A stretch of 64,000 bases of DNA from positions 95,666,001 to 95,730,000 of the forward strand of contig NC_043005.1 in assembly GCF_006345805.1 (NCBI RefSeq). The letters are read 5' to 3'. The DNA is from Octopus sinensis. Taxonomy: Eukaryota. Below the pieces are notes generated by a model that searched no databases, was not told the origin of the DNA, and worked only from the letters and a program-made list of their open reading frames with translations. The translations under genes were made by a program, and so were the position numbers. Positions 40,401-52,977 of the stretch are shown one piece after another (positions within the stretch are counted from its first letter, which is position 1; each line of letters begins with the position of its first letter).

Positions 40401-40889
40401 ATTTCCTTTCCTATCAGGTCGCGAGCCTACACAGTCTACCCGCACATCGTAAATTGTGTTGAAGTCTCCTAGTATAGCTAAAGGATGCGATGTACTAAGA
40501 AACTTTTCCAGGTTCCGAAAATATTCGCTTTGCCCCGCTGTTATTTGGGGTGCGTAAATCGCAACCAGTCTGATTGTCTTACAACTGCTTAAAGTCAAGT
40601 CAACGACGACCAGTCTACGTTCTGAATCTGAAAAAATCAACCTTTTCTCAGAAACCCGGTTCTTTTTCCATAGGACCAACACCCCACTTCCGCCGGACGG
40701 ACGGCCCGGAGAGATAATTCTCTCGTAACCGTCGAACAGCGGGAGCAGATCTCTTGGCCCCTTTAACCAGGCTTCTGTGGCAACAACAACATCTAAATCC
40801 TGTGACCTGATATCATTTAGAAAGCGCCCTTGCTTCCAGTTCGACATCAGGCCACGCACATTTATGCACCCTACATGAATGCGAGACAT
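37500..40889 (-). pseudogene. LINE ORF2: APE endonuclease, reverse transcriptase and C-terminal zinc finger; several frameshifts
   Basis: VGCINVRG, IYAP, LGDFN, SYIDRIL, SDH (EN); NFRPIILLN, LDQSKAFDRV, VRQGCP, YADD (RT); CPRC..ETVSHAIVQC. Split over ORFs 40892-39651, 39706-39209, 39297-38419, 38400-38212 and 38198-37500. Confidence 0.95.
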
Positions 40890-40999
40890 CACCTACCTTA
40901 AACGGTCGTCTTTGTTTTTCCGGCTGTTCGTGGGGTGAAATTCTGACTTAAGTCCTCGAACAACGACTCATGTAAGTCGTGTCGAGGACCGTAGATGTC

Positions 41000-42817
41000 T
41001 GCTTTATATTTTGAGCGAATGATATTTAAATTTAACATATCAATTTTATATATGTCTACATGTGTGTTTGTATCTGTAAGGCTGATGGCGTGCTATTAAT
41101 GTCTTTTAATAGACTGTCATTTTCTTTATTAATGGCCATGTACACCATGTTAAGAGTCACATTTTCTTTTCCTGGGCTTTGTGGGGGTGATGGGGTGAAC
41201 GGTGGGGTGGAGTCTTGGAGGGGAGGAAATTGTTCAACACTGAGGGGTGGGTGGGGGTGGTTATCCGGGATGGGATGGGGGTGCTTTACTTTTTTTCCTT
41301 TTTGTGGGGAACCGTGGTGGGGTGGGGTAGTTTTTTCCTGTGTGTTTGCTGTATTGGTTTTTTTTCTTGTTTGTGCTTGGGGTGGGTGGGGTTAAATCTT
41401 CATTCCTCCTTTTCGGAGTCTTTCTCTGTCTCACCGGAGTGAAATCGTTTTCCTCTTCGGCGTCCTTTTGTTTTTCTCTTCCGTCTCCTTTCGCCTCTTC
41501 TCCTCCGCTTCCTTTTTTCTTCCTCTTTTTTGCGGGTGGAGCAGTCCACTCGAATGTGGCCCTTTTCTCCACAATCGTTGCACCGGGGTTTTCGCCCCTC
41601 TACCACCACCCGCAAAGTGATTTCTTCACCAAAGTTGATATTCTCAACAATTTCTTCCAGTGTTTCCGGTGCCGCCTAGATAGTAACTTCAAGGCTCTGG
41701 CCTCGCCAGTTTTGTTTCAGGACCTTTGTCACTTCTACAATGTTTATTTTTTCTTCCAGCCCCATCAGTAAGGCTGAAAGCAACCATGTCACTTCGATTT
41801 CCGGCGAAATCTCTTCAATTTTCACTTTGGCGGTTCTCCTTCCTAAGTAGGTTGGTAATAAAATGATTTCATTTATTTTGATGGGTTTTAGGGAGTGGAG
41901 TTTTGCCTTGTTTTCGTTTTTGAAATATACTACTATTGTGGCATATTTCTTCCCTCTTGTTAAGTATTCGATGTCGTTCCAAATCGGCTGCAGGCACTTC
42001 TCTGCCTGCTCATTCGTTACTTTTTTTGTCCTTTATCACAAAAGATTTATATACAATAATTCTTTCTTGTGTTTTTTTCCGGATTTCATTTGGAAGGGTG
42101 GCTTTTGCATCGGTCCCCTCCCTCGTGTCTTTGAATTTCATGTACTCATTTTTTCCCATTTTTATGACTTCTGTTTTTTGGACCAGCCGCAGCTGCGAAG
42201 TTGAATGCTTTGGTTTCTTTTGAAGACGAATCTTCTCTGCTTGCTTGTTTAGCTGAATCGGTTGCTTGTTTAGCTGAATCGGTTGCTTGTTTAGCTGAAT
42301 CGGTTGCTTGTTTAGCTGAATCGGTTGCTTGTTTAGCTGAATCGGTTGCTTGTTTAGCTGAATCGGTTGCTTGTTTAGCTGAATCGGTTGCTTGTTTAGC
42401 TGAATCGGTTGCTTGTTTAGCTGAATCGGTTGCTTGTTTAGCTGAATCGGTTGCTTGTTTAGCTGAATCGGTTGCTTGTTTAGCTGAATCGGTTGCTTGT
42501 TTAGCTGAATCGGTTGCTTGTTTAGCTGAATCGGTTGCTTGTTTAGCTGAATCGGTTGCTTGTTTAGCTGAATCGGTTGCTTGTTTAGCTGAATCGGTTG
42601 CTTGTTTAGCTGAATCGGTTGCTTGTTTAGCTGAATCGGTTGCTTGTTTTGGTAAATTTTCTTTGGTTTGCTTCGATAAATCTTTTTCATTTTTTAATCC
42701 AGAAGGCGAACCTTCAATGGCTTCAAATGAAGGCGAACCTTCAACAGATGAAACTGACAGTGTTTCCACTGCATACATTTTTTTTGAAGAAGAAGACAAC
42801 ATGTCTTCCTTGTTCAT
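41000..42817 (-). pseudogene. LINE ORF1 with N-terminal heptad repeat and zinc knuckle; frameshifts in A-runs and TAG at 41678-41676
   Basis: MNKEDML..(KQATDSA)19..YLTRGKKYATIVVYFKNE..LLPTYLGRR..VEGRKPRCNDCGEKGHIRVDC; 3' end approximate. Confidence 0.85.
42241..42649. repeat. Perfect 21-bp minisatellite, 19 full units plus a partial unit
   Basis: Unit ttgcttgtttagctgaatcgg; no variant units seen. Confidence 0.97.
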
Positions 42818-45083
42818 TTTTTTCCACAGAGTTATAATATTTTTGTGTATATGTATGCGAAAAAATGCAACACTTTTCCCCTCCGTAAGGAGGGGAACAA
42901 CAGTTTTTTTTTGTCTGTTATACAACAGACGCACAAAGTTTAACAGCAACAATAAAATTCAACAATTTTCAACAATATTCAACGCTAAACAATTTCTCAC
43001 AACACTCTACTTCGAGAATAACACAGTCAACCACGTGACGAGAAGGCTACCAAACCTGCCATACACAGACAACTTCATTTGTTCGACTAAATGCAGTGCT
43101 CCAGCATGGCCGCAGTCAATTGACTGAAACAAGTAAAAGAATAAAATATATACTAAATCTAAAGAAATGAATTCAGACAGAATACAAGAGTTGCCTCCCT
43201 TTAAAATTATTCATTAGACAAATGATTGATTGATTATTTTGATTAAATAAAAACTTAGTCATTGGACTACGGCCAATGACTTGAGTAAATGATATAAATA
43301 AGGGCTTAGTTTAAAAAATCAACCCCAGAACTTATTTTATTATAGCCTAGTACTTATTCTATTGGCTGTCTTTTGTCAACTACTAAGCCACATGAATGTA
43401 AACAAACCAGCACCGGTTGTGAAGCGGTGGCGGAGAACAAATGATATACACAAACACACACATACATATGGGCATGAGTGCATGCATTTTTGTGTTTGAG
43501 TTTATTCCCTCACCACTGACTGACAACCACTGTTAGTTCATTTACGTCCCTGTATCTTAGCGGTTCAGCAAAAAGAAGCTGACAGAAAAAGAAAAAGAAA
43601 AAAAGCTGTGCCCCAGCATAGCCGCAGTCCAATGATTGAAACAAATAAAACACTCAGATACGACGCACTTATGCACAATTCCCATTAATCCGACAACAGT
43701 TGCCCAAAAATCCGCGGTGTAGAGTCGAGCCTGAGAGAACGTGGTTGCGACACGAATCACTTAATCACAGAGCCATACTTGGTTTTCGAAAAATAAAGTG
43801 TTCTGCTTCAAACATTTGTTATTTCTTCTCGCTCTGCACTAACATACATACTTTCGAGAACGTTTGCTCTTTGGTTGCTTCCTTCGAAGAATTTCCCATT
43901 TATTTTACTCTTTAAACATATTTGTATATAGAATGAAGTTATTAAATCCACAACCCTCTTCAACAAGGGTAGAGACACTTTTCAGAGCTGGGTCGTATTA
44001 CATGGTCACAAGAGCCTGTTAAAGGCTACACCCTTATTGAGAGAAATGAAGAACGTTTATTACCGTCATGTTTACAGATGTGGGTTCGAGTCCACCGGGC
44101 AGCAACAACTTTTTCTAATTAAAGTATTTTCAATTCAATATTTACACGCTGTTATTTATAGCTTTATCTCATTCGAGATCTACAGTTCTAAAAAAGAATA
44201 TTCAATTAAATTTTACAAATCCATAGGTATGCCACGTAAATTTTTCGGAATGACACAAATATTGTATTACTTATATCAAATTCCTTACTCAGAAACATGG
44301 ATATTTTAGAAATAACGTCAACGAATAACTTCAAATTTGAGTTATCGTGATATTTCGCCGGCCCGTGAGGCAATTATCCGTCCTTGCTTTACATTTCATC
44401 CAGGCATCGATCTATACATGTTCTAACTGAATATCAGTTGCATCACCATTACAGGAGGACTTACAAAAGTAATGGTCACTCTATTTGTTTGCCTAACTGA
44501 CATTAACTAATTAATTAGTAAACTACAATAATAGCAGCAGTTTTATCTATGGGAATCAACGGTTACTCAGGCTGTGACACAGTTTTTTGATAACCGGTGA
44601 ATCTTAATCGTTACGTCACTAATGCTCTGGGAAAGACTTAACAGCACTTTTCTCCTTCTTTACAGAAAAGTTAACCTCATTACTCATAACTTTATGACAC
44701 TGATGCTGGACTAGCGAGAAGACAGCGTAGTAACAGACGAGAGGTCGGGTAGAGCATTCTTCGTCGTTTTGTGTTCAAATCCCACTGAACTTTGCCGTTC
44801 ATCCCTTCAGGATCAGATTATTTATTTTAATATTTTTTTATGCGCCCTTTTTAAGCTTAGCTAGGCTTATATATATATATAAAAGCTTTTTATCTTTTAC
44901 TTGTTTCAATCATTAGACTGCGATCGTACTGGGGCAATACCTTGACAAATTTTTTAGCTGAATGAAACGACGCCAGAACTTTTTTAAAGTCTGGTACCTA
45001 TTCTATCGAATATTTTACCGAACGGCTAAGTTACGGGGACGTAAACACACCAACACCGGTTATCAAGCGGTGGTGGTGGATAT

Positions 45084-45170
<87 letters not shown>

Positions 45171-48100
45171 TTAATAAGAAGAATGACCACTAAAGTGGAT
45201 TCCTATACACTAGAGATAGACGTCAAATTGCCTTACCACAAAGAGTGTGTTCTCAAGAAGAAAAAAACCTACATATATATGACGGGCTTCTTCCACTCAC
45301 AAGGCTTTGGTCAGCCCGAGGCTATTGCAGAAGACACTTGCCCAAGGTGTCACACAGTGAGACTAAATCAAGAAACATGATGTTAGGAAGCAAGCTTCTC
45401 GTCACACAGCCAGGCCTGCGCATAAATATATAGATATAATGTTTTGGTGGCATTAATTACAAAGTGATTCAAAGGCCAAGAGTTTCATGCATGGCTCTGA
45501 TGATAAGTGTTATGCACGAAATTCTCGGACCTTGAGTCACTTTGCAATTAATATCGATTTGTATTGTTGTCTCACTAATCTTACTAAAAATCTATCTCCA
45601 TCGGTTTCGATCATAAGTATTCAATTGTTTGATCAACTGAATTGTACCTCCTCATTGAATTTACTTTTTATGTGGCTGTGTATTCCACAGACAAATGTAA
45701 GATTAACGTAATTCTCAGACAGAATCAGCATGACACAGTACGCAACAGGTCTTGGCATTTTAAGTAACAAGTACAATCCATCCGGAAAGTTTCCGCATCT
45801 ACCCAGTTATACTCAAAAGACTTGGGATGACACGAGGCTGTGGTGGTAAAAGACACTTCCCTAAATTGGCAGGCTGTGGGATCTAACCCGGGGCCTTACG
45901 TATTCCTAAGTATTCGCCCATGCTGCTTGTAAGTAAAGACGAAAACTGATCTAACTTTCGCTTCTTCCATATCCAGAATGTGTGTAGGAACCAACAAAGA
46001 AGCTTTTATGCCAGTCGTGGGCAACTTATCTTCAAGCAGCGGGACCCACTACTAAATAAATTCAAGGAAATTTTTCGTTAGGGGTACCATGCAAAAAGTC
46101 TCGTGGGCCGCAGTTTTTTTCCATGACTCTTCTATGCAGTTACTTAACCTGCTAGAAATACCAACCAAATTTCCTTCCAAACACACTCTGCAATCCTTTG
46201 AAAAGGAAGGATACTGTGGATAATGTTGTCCTTGATAAATGTGGGACTAAAAATAACAACGTTATACTTTCGTGTTGAATATACTCAAATCACACGCGCG
46301 CGAATATGAACGCATACGCACGCACTCACGATGTTTGATTGATTGCTCGAAATCAATTTTGAATAAGATCAGGAAGAAATAAAGTTAGCTTACTAGCAAG
46401 CAAGGGAAACAACTCCTAGCATTTCTGCTCGTCGACAGTAAGGAAGGGAGATAATTCCTAGCATCTCGCTTGCTGAACCTGTTGTAACAGTTAATTATAT
46501 TAAAATATTCGTTAAAAAAATATTAATATTAATTATTGCCTCAAAATGTAATTAAATGCTATTTTATTTAAAAGGCCACTGAATAACACACTGATATTTT
46601 TCTAATCTTTGTACCCAAAGCCATCTCTTTTTCTTATGTAAATGTACTTGTATGGTGTCTTTATAATTTTACATATTCGATCTGCGTGTTTTTAGAATTA
46701 TATAAATATACTTTATATATTCATTTAGTCAAAAGTTAAATTTTACTCCATCGCTACACTAAAATTTCCTGCTTCTGTTACAGTCTTCAGTTGCTTTTAA
46801 GAACAAATAGAGATTGGAAACAGAATAGCAAGACGTTAGGAGTCTTAACTTTGAATGAATAAATAAACTCTACTACGTATTTTAAATACTTTCTCTTCCA
46901 TTTGTAAAAACACACACACACACACACACTTTCCAAAAGAAAGAAGGAATTATATGTATATTATATAGAAATGTAAGATAAATATATGGACATGTGTTTT
47001 TAGTAAACCTATTTTAGTACCATTGTTAAAATGTAGGCATCAAGGTTTTCTGTCACTGTGTCTAGAAAAAGAAATTGACCTGACTATTTTCAGGTTTTAT
47101 TAAATCCATATCAGAGAACAACTACTCTTCCTTGACCACAAAAAGAATAGTAACTTAAAACTCTATATTGTATACAGAAACTGAGACAGAACTGAATTGG
47201 TTTGCCTAATTTGCATATCAGTACAAGTTATTGGCAATGTGAATCAATTAATTTATAGAAGTTCTATACAACATTTAAGGTAAGTGGTAAACTTATGAGC
47301 TCATGTTTTTAGTAAGCATACATTGTAACTTTGCTGTTAAAAGTGGTCCTTGTGATGGAATCATAGGACTGTCTTCTCTGTCCAGAAAAGACAATGATCT
47401 GATGTCCTTTTCATTGGCTGCCTCACTAGTCCAAGCCTGTTCTCATAGTTTCTATGACTGGATGTCCTTCCTATCACCAACCACTTTACAGAACATAGTG
47501 GATACATTTTATTGTGGTACCAACCCTAAAATGATAGGCATGTTTTGACAAAACAAAGAGGCTCCCTCCACCTAACATTGTCTCCGCTTGGTTGGCAACA
47601 AATTTACAGAGCATGCTAACTGCATTTTATAATGGCACCTACACTAGTTGTGTTGCCTCATAAAATTAAAGAGTCTTCATTAGTCTCTGGTGTGTTCATT
47701 CATTTAGAGCAATATGTTCAAGAAGGTGAATGGAAGATAGAGAAATTGCAGAACCAGGATGGGTGGGTGAAGTGAGTTAGGGTATGTTGGTGAGATTAGT
47801 TATTTCTTCCTAACCACAGAGAGAATAGTAACTTAAAGCTTTTCACAACAAGATTAAAATGCATGTTTACTAAAGACGCATGCCCAAACATTTACCTTAC
47901 ATTCCCACTTATCCTAAATGCTGTGAAGTGTTTCTATTAATTAATTCATTCACCTTGTCAATGCTAATGCTGTGATACAAATTGCAGACCCTTTAGTTCC
48001 ATCCATGTGCATGTATACATTGTTGTTGTTGTTGGCACTCCGTCACTTACGACGACAAGGGTTCCAGTTGATCTAATCAACAGAAGAGCCTGCTTGTGGA

Positions 48101-48870
48101 ATTAACGTGCAAGTGGCTGAGTACTCCACAAGCACGTGTACTCTTAATGTAGTTCTCAGGGAGATTTAGCATGACACAGAGTGTGACAAGTCTGGCCTTT
48201 TGAAATACAGGTCCAACAGAAACAGGAAGAAAGGGAGAGAGAAAGTTGTGGTGAAAGAGTACAGCAGGGTTCACCACCATCCCCTGCCGGAGCCTCATGG
48301 AGCTTTTAGGTGTTTGAGCTCAATAAACACTCACAACACCCAGTGTAGGAATCAAAACTGTGATCCTATGACCACAAGTCCACTGCCCTAACCACAAGGC
48401 CATTGCGACTCCACGTGTATACATTAAACACCTATAAGTTACTCTTCTTTCTTCAACTAGGTTTGAATAATAAGAGAATTTCAATGAGATTTTAATAAAA
48501 TATTGATTTAAAATTTTGGCACAATGCCAACAATTTCAGGGGAGGGAGTAAGTTGTTTATATTGACCCAAGTGTTTGACTGGTACTTATTTTGCTGACCC
48601 CAAAACAATGAAAGGCAAAGTTGAGCTTGACAGAATTTGAACCCAAATAAAAGATGGGTAAAATGCTGCTAAGCAATTTTTCTGGTATACGAACCATTCT
48701 GGCAGCTGACTGCCATAATATTTAAATAGAAATATTGAAACTACTCTGGACACAAAGAAAAAATCCTGTGGTTTAAAAAACAGCAAGAATATAATGTACG
48801 CTTACCAAACCTACATACTTATGAGTTTTATCTTCCATTTGCACTTATGACAAATGTGGTCGAGTACTTT

Positions 48871-48915
<45 letters not shown>

Positions 48916-49120
48916 TTGTTTTGCAAGATTTTTGACGTGAAATCGTGTGTTGAAACAGATATTGTTGTATTTAGGAATGGTCATTTTGCCATTTATTGGC
49001 TAAACTGGCAAAATGACCATTCCTAAATACAACAATATATATATATATATATATATACATGCATACACACACATGCACACACACACACATGCACACACAC
49101 ACACACATGCACATGCACAC

Positions 49121-49165
<45 letters not shown>

Positions 49166-49436
49166 TGAACATGTATGTATGACAGGCTTCCTCCAGTTTT
49201 TCTTTACCAAATCGACTCACATGGCTTTAGTCAGCCCAAGGCTATAGTAGAAGACACTTGCCTAAAATGCTAGCCATGGGTGAACCTGGAACCATGTGGT
49301 TGGGAAGCAGACTTCTTCCAACACAACTATGCCTACACCTCAATTGATATGTATATATCCAATGAAAAGAAGACAAAGAAAATTCTTTAATACATTTGCT
49401 ATATATCTATATCTATATATATATATTTGCTATTTG

Positions 49437-49510
<74 letters not shown>

Positions 49511-49544
49511 GTATATATGTATATATGTATATATATATTTATAC

Positions 49545-49990
49545 ATTTGATTATCCCATAAATAATGCGGTTTTTTCAATAGTATGAACTCAAAGTCAGA
49601 TGGGGATAGGATGAACTACCTGCATCAACTTGCTATAAAAGCCGGTAGTAATTTTACTCCTTACTTATTCTTAGTGCAAGTTTTGGAGAGTGCAGTTCCA
49701 TTTTAACAGTTATTTTTTCAAAGCTATAATAGACATAACAAAGGAGCATATTTGGCATATTTTGTTTTATGGGCTCTATAAAAGCAACAACGCAACGAAA
49801 AGTGTGAAGGATATTAATGCAGTATACGGGGATCAGATAATAAGTGTAAGCCAGTGTCAGCAGTGGTTTCAGAATTTCTGAGCCTGAAATTAAAGCCTAG
49901 AATATCCTGGAAAATCTGCAGAGCTTGACGAGGATGTCCTACAAACTCTGGTGGAATAAAATCCCATTGTAAATGTTGAAGAACTGACCT
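49545..49990 (+). pseudogene. Mariner transposase N-terminal fragment
   Basis: ITKEHIWHILFY...NNATKSVKDINAVYGDQIISVSQCQQWFQNF, then ELDEDVLQTLVE. Confidence 0.75.
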
Positions 49991-50924
49991 TACAATGTAA
50001 GCATGGCCACTCCACTAGCAATGTGCACCAATTCCCCATGACCATCTCTCAAGTTTGCTGAATCTTCTTGTCAGTGGTGGAGGTTGACGGGTGCCCTGCT
50101 CTCTCTTCATGCGTCACACATGTCCAACCATTTTTAAATGTCTCATCCCACTCATACACACTTCAAAGTAGTCGTGCACTGTCCCCATATTATGCTAAAA
50201 GCCGCTGATGAATTTCAGTACCTGACATACCTTCCAATCAAAGAAATCAGATCACTGCTCTTGGTTCTTCTTTGGTGCACATTGCTAGCAGAGTGGCCAT
50301 GCTTAGACTGTAAAACCAGAAAGAAAAATGGTGCAATCAGGTTCAAACTTAGATCAAATGACCACATTAGCACCAACTATAAGCATGCATGCTCAGAAGG
50401 CAGTGTGACAATAATAAAGATATGTGATGATGAAAGTGCAGATAATTCTTGACTTCCATATATATATTTGTGTAAATAATGGGCTTTTCTTTATTTTTGT
50501 TCATTTTGTTCTTTTTGTTCTTCGTGTAGTTCAGGCTTCCGGCAGGCAAAGAGGGAAGACTTCAAGTACAAATGCTATTTACAAGTGGTTTATTTACAGG
50601 ATTCACAGGATAGGTGTAGTGTGCTGCTCTCAGCTACCATCTTTAGCTGTGTGCATTGTGTAGTAGCTCCATTAGAGCGGGTGCATTGCCTCTGGAGATA
50701 CAATATATAGACAGGACCAGCCCGCATTGGTGGTCACAAAATGGTGCCAAAAAGAGAGAGATTTGGATCAAGTTTTCCCTTTATATAGTTCTCCATCGCA
50801 AGCCTCATTTTGATCTCACACATGCCAAATGTATACAGGTGAGGTCTCGCACCAGTCTCGAAAATGGCAATGGTTGCTGCGAGATCTCATCCAATATGGC
50901 GCTGACTGCTTGTGCCACTACATA

Positions 50925-51420
50925 TCTCTATATTATAAATCTGAAATGCGAAAAGTTTGTTTCTTTGTTTGTCTGGTTTTGGCATTGAGAACGGGTTAAA
51001 GGCCACTAGATCCCGTCGGATTGACTCCAAAATTTACAGGGACATGTAAAATGAGGTGAGGGTGCTAGGTTAGAAATCCCCATCTTAAAAGGTGTCGTTG
51101 CTAAGGCCAAAAACGCACTTTGACAAGTCTATTCTCATTCTTTTATGTATCTGTCTTCCTCCATCACTCATTCTCTTTCCTCCTTTCCCATCACTTTCTA
51201 TATATAACGTCATTTCACAGCGTCTATCTCCCTTACCTTCACTTTCTCTTTATGACGTCGTTTCACAGCGTCCTCAATCTCCCCCTCCTCCCCACCTTCG
51301 ACAGCGCTTTCACACACTCTCACTCTCTACGTCTGTCTGCATTCATAGAGAGAATTATCATCGCCACCACCACCACACAATCATGAGAACAAATATTATG
51401 AATCAGATATTTATTGGGTT
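50925..51420 (+). mobile_element. Putative non-autonomous Helitron-like element (5' portion)
   Basis: A|TCTCTATATTATAAATCTGAAATGCGAAAAGTTTGTTTCTTTGTTTG start typical of small Helitrons; 3' end not identified. Confidence 0.45.
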
Positions 51421-51837
51421 AATTTATATATGTGTGTGTGTGTGTTCTATATATATGTACACTACCGTCAGAAATTAATTAGCACCCTTGATTTGCTCTT
51501 CACTCAAGGTATTTGCTGTCACCTAGTGGCCATATCTCGAACTATTGCTTTGTTGTGAGTTCACTGTTGTGCAGAACGATGACGTAACTTTGTTTTCAGA
51601 GCAGTTTGAGAGTCTACAGCCTAATGATGTGGACATAGCAGTGCAGCAACAACTTGGAGTGCGGATGCAGACAAATCTTCCTTTGTTTAATAGATATAGG
51701 TAGCGCCTCGCAAGGACCGAAATCACACCGTACTAAGTTTTCTCATCGCGTAAGACGTTTTGAACAGCTCGTAGGTTAATTGATTCGTGTATTTGCAAGA
51801 TTTTTTTTCCTCACAAATCCTCCTACACTCTGCTTGA

Positions 51838-51852
51838 TGACGTCACTTCCGG
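51838..51852 (-). promoter_or_regulatory. Overlapping ETS-CRE composite motif (CCGGAAGTGACGTCA) upstream of the Tc1 transposase
   Basis: Exact tgacgtcacttccgg on the + strand, about 160 bp before the ATG at 52012; function not shown. Confidence 0.5.
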
Positions 51853-52011
51853 TTCACAAAACTTTCTGTTATACATAAAATAAGGTGAGAAATTCTGCTT
51901 TCTTTCTTTTTTGTTTAATGAATAATAACTCATAGCAGTTTTGTTATAGCATAACATTATTCAAATGAATAGTTTTAATGAAAATAACTGGTTTTTATCG
52001 TTCATTCCTAG

Positions 52012-52977
52012 ATGGGCCCAAGACCTCGCATGACCTTGGAGAGACGGTACGAGGCTCTCTCGTGGCGTGGGAAGCTGTCGGAGGCTGCAATAGCCAGAAA
52101 ACTTGGTGTAGCCAGGCGCACAATTCAGTGCTTATTTAAGAAATACGAGGAAACCAGATCAGCAGCTGACAAAAAGGGTAGGGGACGGAAGAGGCTGACG
52201 ACCCAGCAGGAGGACCGGATGCTGATCCGAAAGTCACTGTACAACCGAAGGGCAACGAGCCGGCAACTGGCGGAGGAGATGCAAAAGATGACAGGGAAGC
52301 AGTTGTCTACAACCACCGTCAAGACCAGATTACTGGAAGCTGCTCCTTACAGCCCAAAACCGGAAGAAGCGGCTGCTCTGGGCCCGTGCCCACAAGACAT
52401 GGACCGTGCAGCAGTGGCAGACAGTGATGTTCACTGACGAGTCGCGATTCAGTCTCGTTAGTGACAAGCCTGTCCATGTGCGACGCCGCAGGGGTGAGCG
52501 CTTCAACAAAGACTGCATTGCTCCCACCATGAAGCATGGTGGGGGTGGTCTGATGGTGTGAGGGGCGTTCAGCTACAGTGGTGTTGGGCGGCTCTATGCC
52601 GTCGAAGGCAACATCAACGCAGCAAAGTACGTTGAGATAGTACGGGATACCTCTTTGGTGGCGAGGAGTACGTGCTCCAGCAGGACAACGCGCCTTCCCA
52701 CACAGCCAAGCTCACAACCGGTTTCTTCAAGGACCATGGGGTGACGGTCATGGACTGGCCTGGCCAGTCACCTGACCTGAACCCTATTGAGAACCTCTGG
52801 AGTCGATTGGGTAGGGATTTGAATGTGCAGCAATACAGGAACCGACACGAGCTGTTTGGGGCACTTCTTGCTGCATGGAGGGCCATCCCTGCACAGTACC
52901 TGCAGGCACTCATAGACAGTATGCCGACCTGCGTAGCAGCTGTCATTGCTGCCAAAGGAGGAGCAACAAGATATTGA
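52012..52977 (+). pseudogene. Tc1 DD34E transposase with two frameshifting deletions and TGA at 52559-52561
   Basis: Paired-like HTH, GRGRK, FTDESRF, QQDNAPSH..WPGQSPDLNPIENLW (D-34-E counted). Confidence 0.95.

Larger units (their letters stand above)
37283..43041 (-). mobile_element. Full-length (5.76 kb) decayed Tx1/L1-type LINE with 16-bp TSD
   Basis: TSD gaaggctaccaaacct at 37267-37282 and 43042-43057; contains ORF1, ORF2 (EN-RT-CCHC), a 3'UTR hairpin and an ataataaaaaa end. Confidence 0.93.
36927..43078 (-). mobile_element. Non-autonomous Helitron-like element split by a LINE insertion (parts 36927-37282 and 43042-43078)
   Basis: 3' CTAG at 36927-36930 with a subterminal GC hairpin (cccggcgttgctcggg), identical to the ends at 58838 and 60986; the 16-bp junction sequence is duplicated on both sides of the LINE. 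Confidence 0.75.

Noticed and set aside
42241-42649. CRISPR-like array
   Set aside because: Identical head-to-tail units with no spacers, in eukaryotic LINE context.
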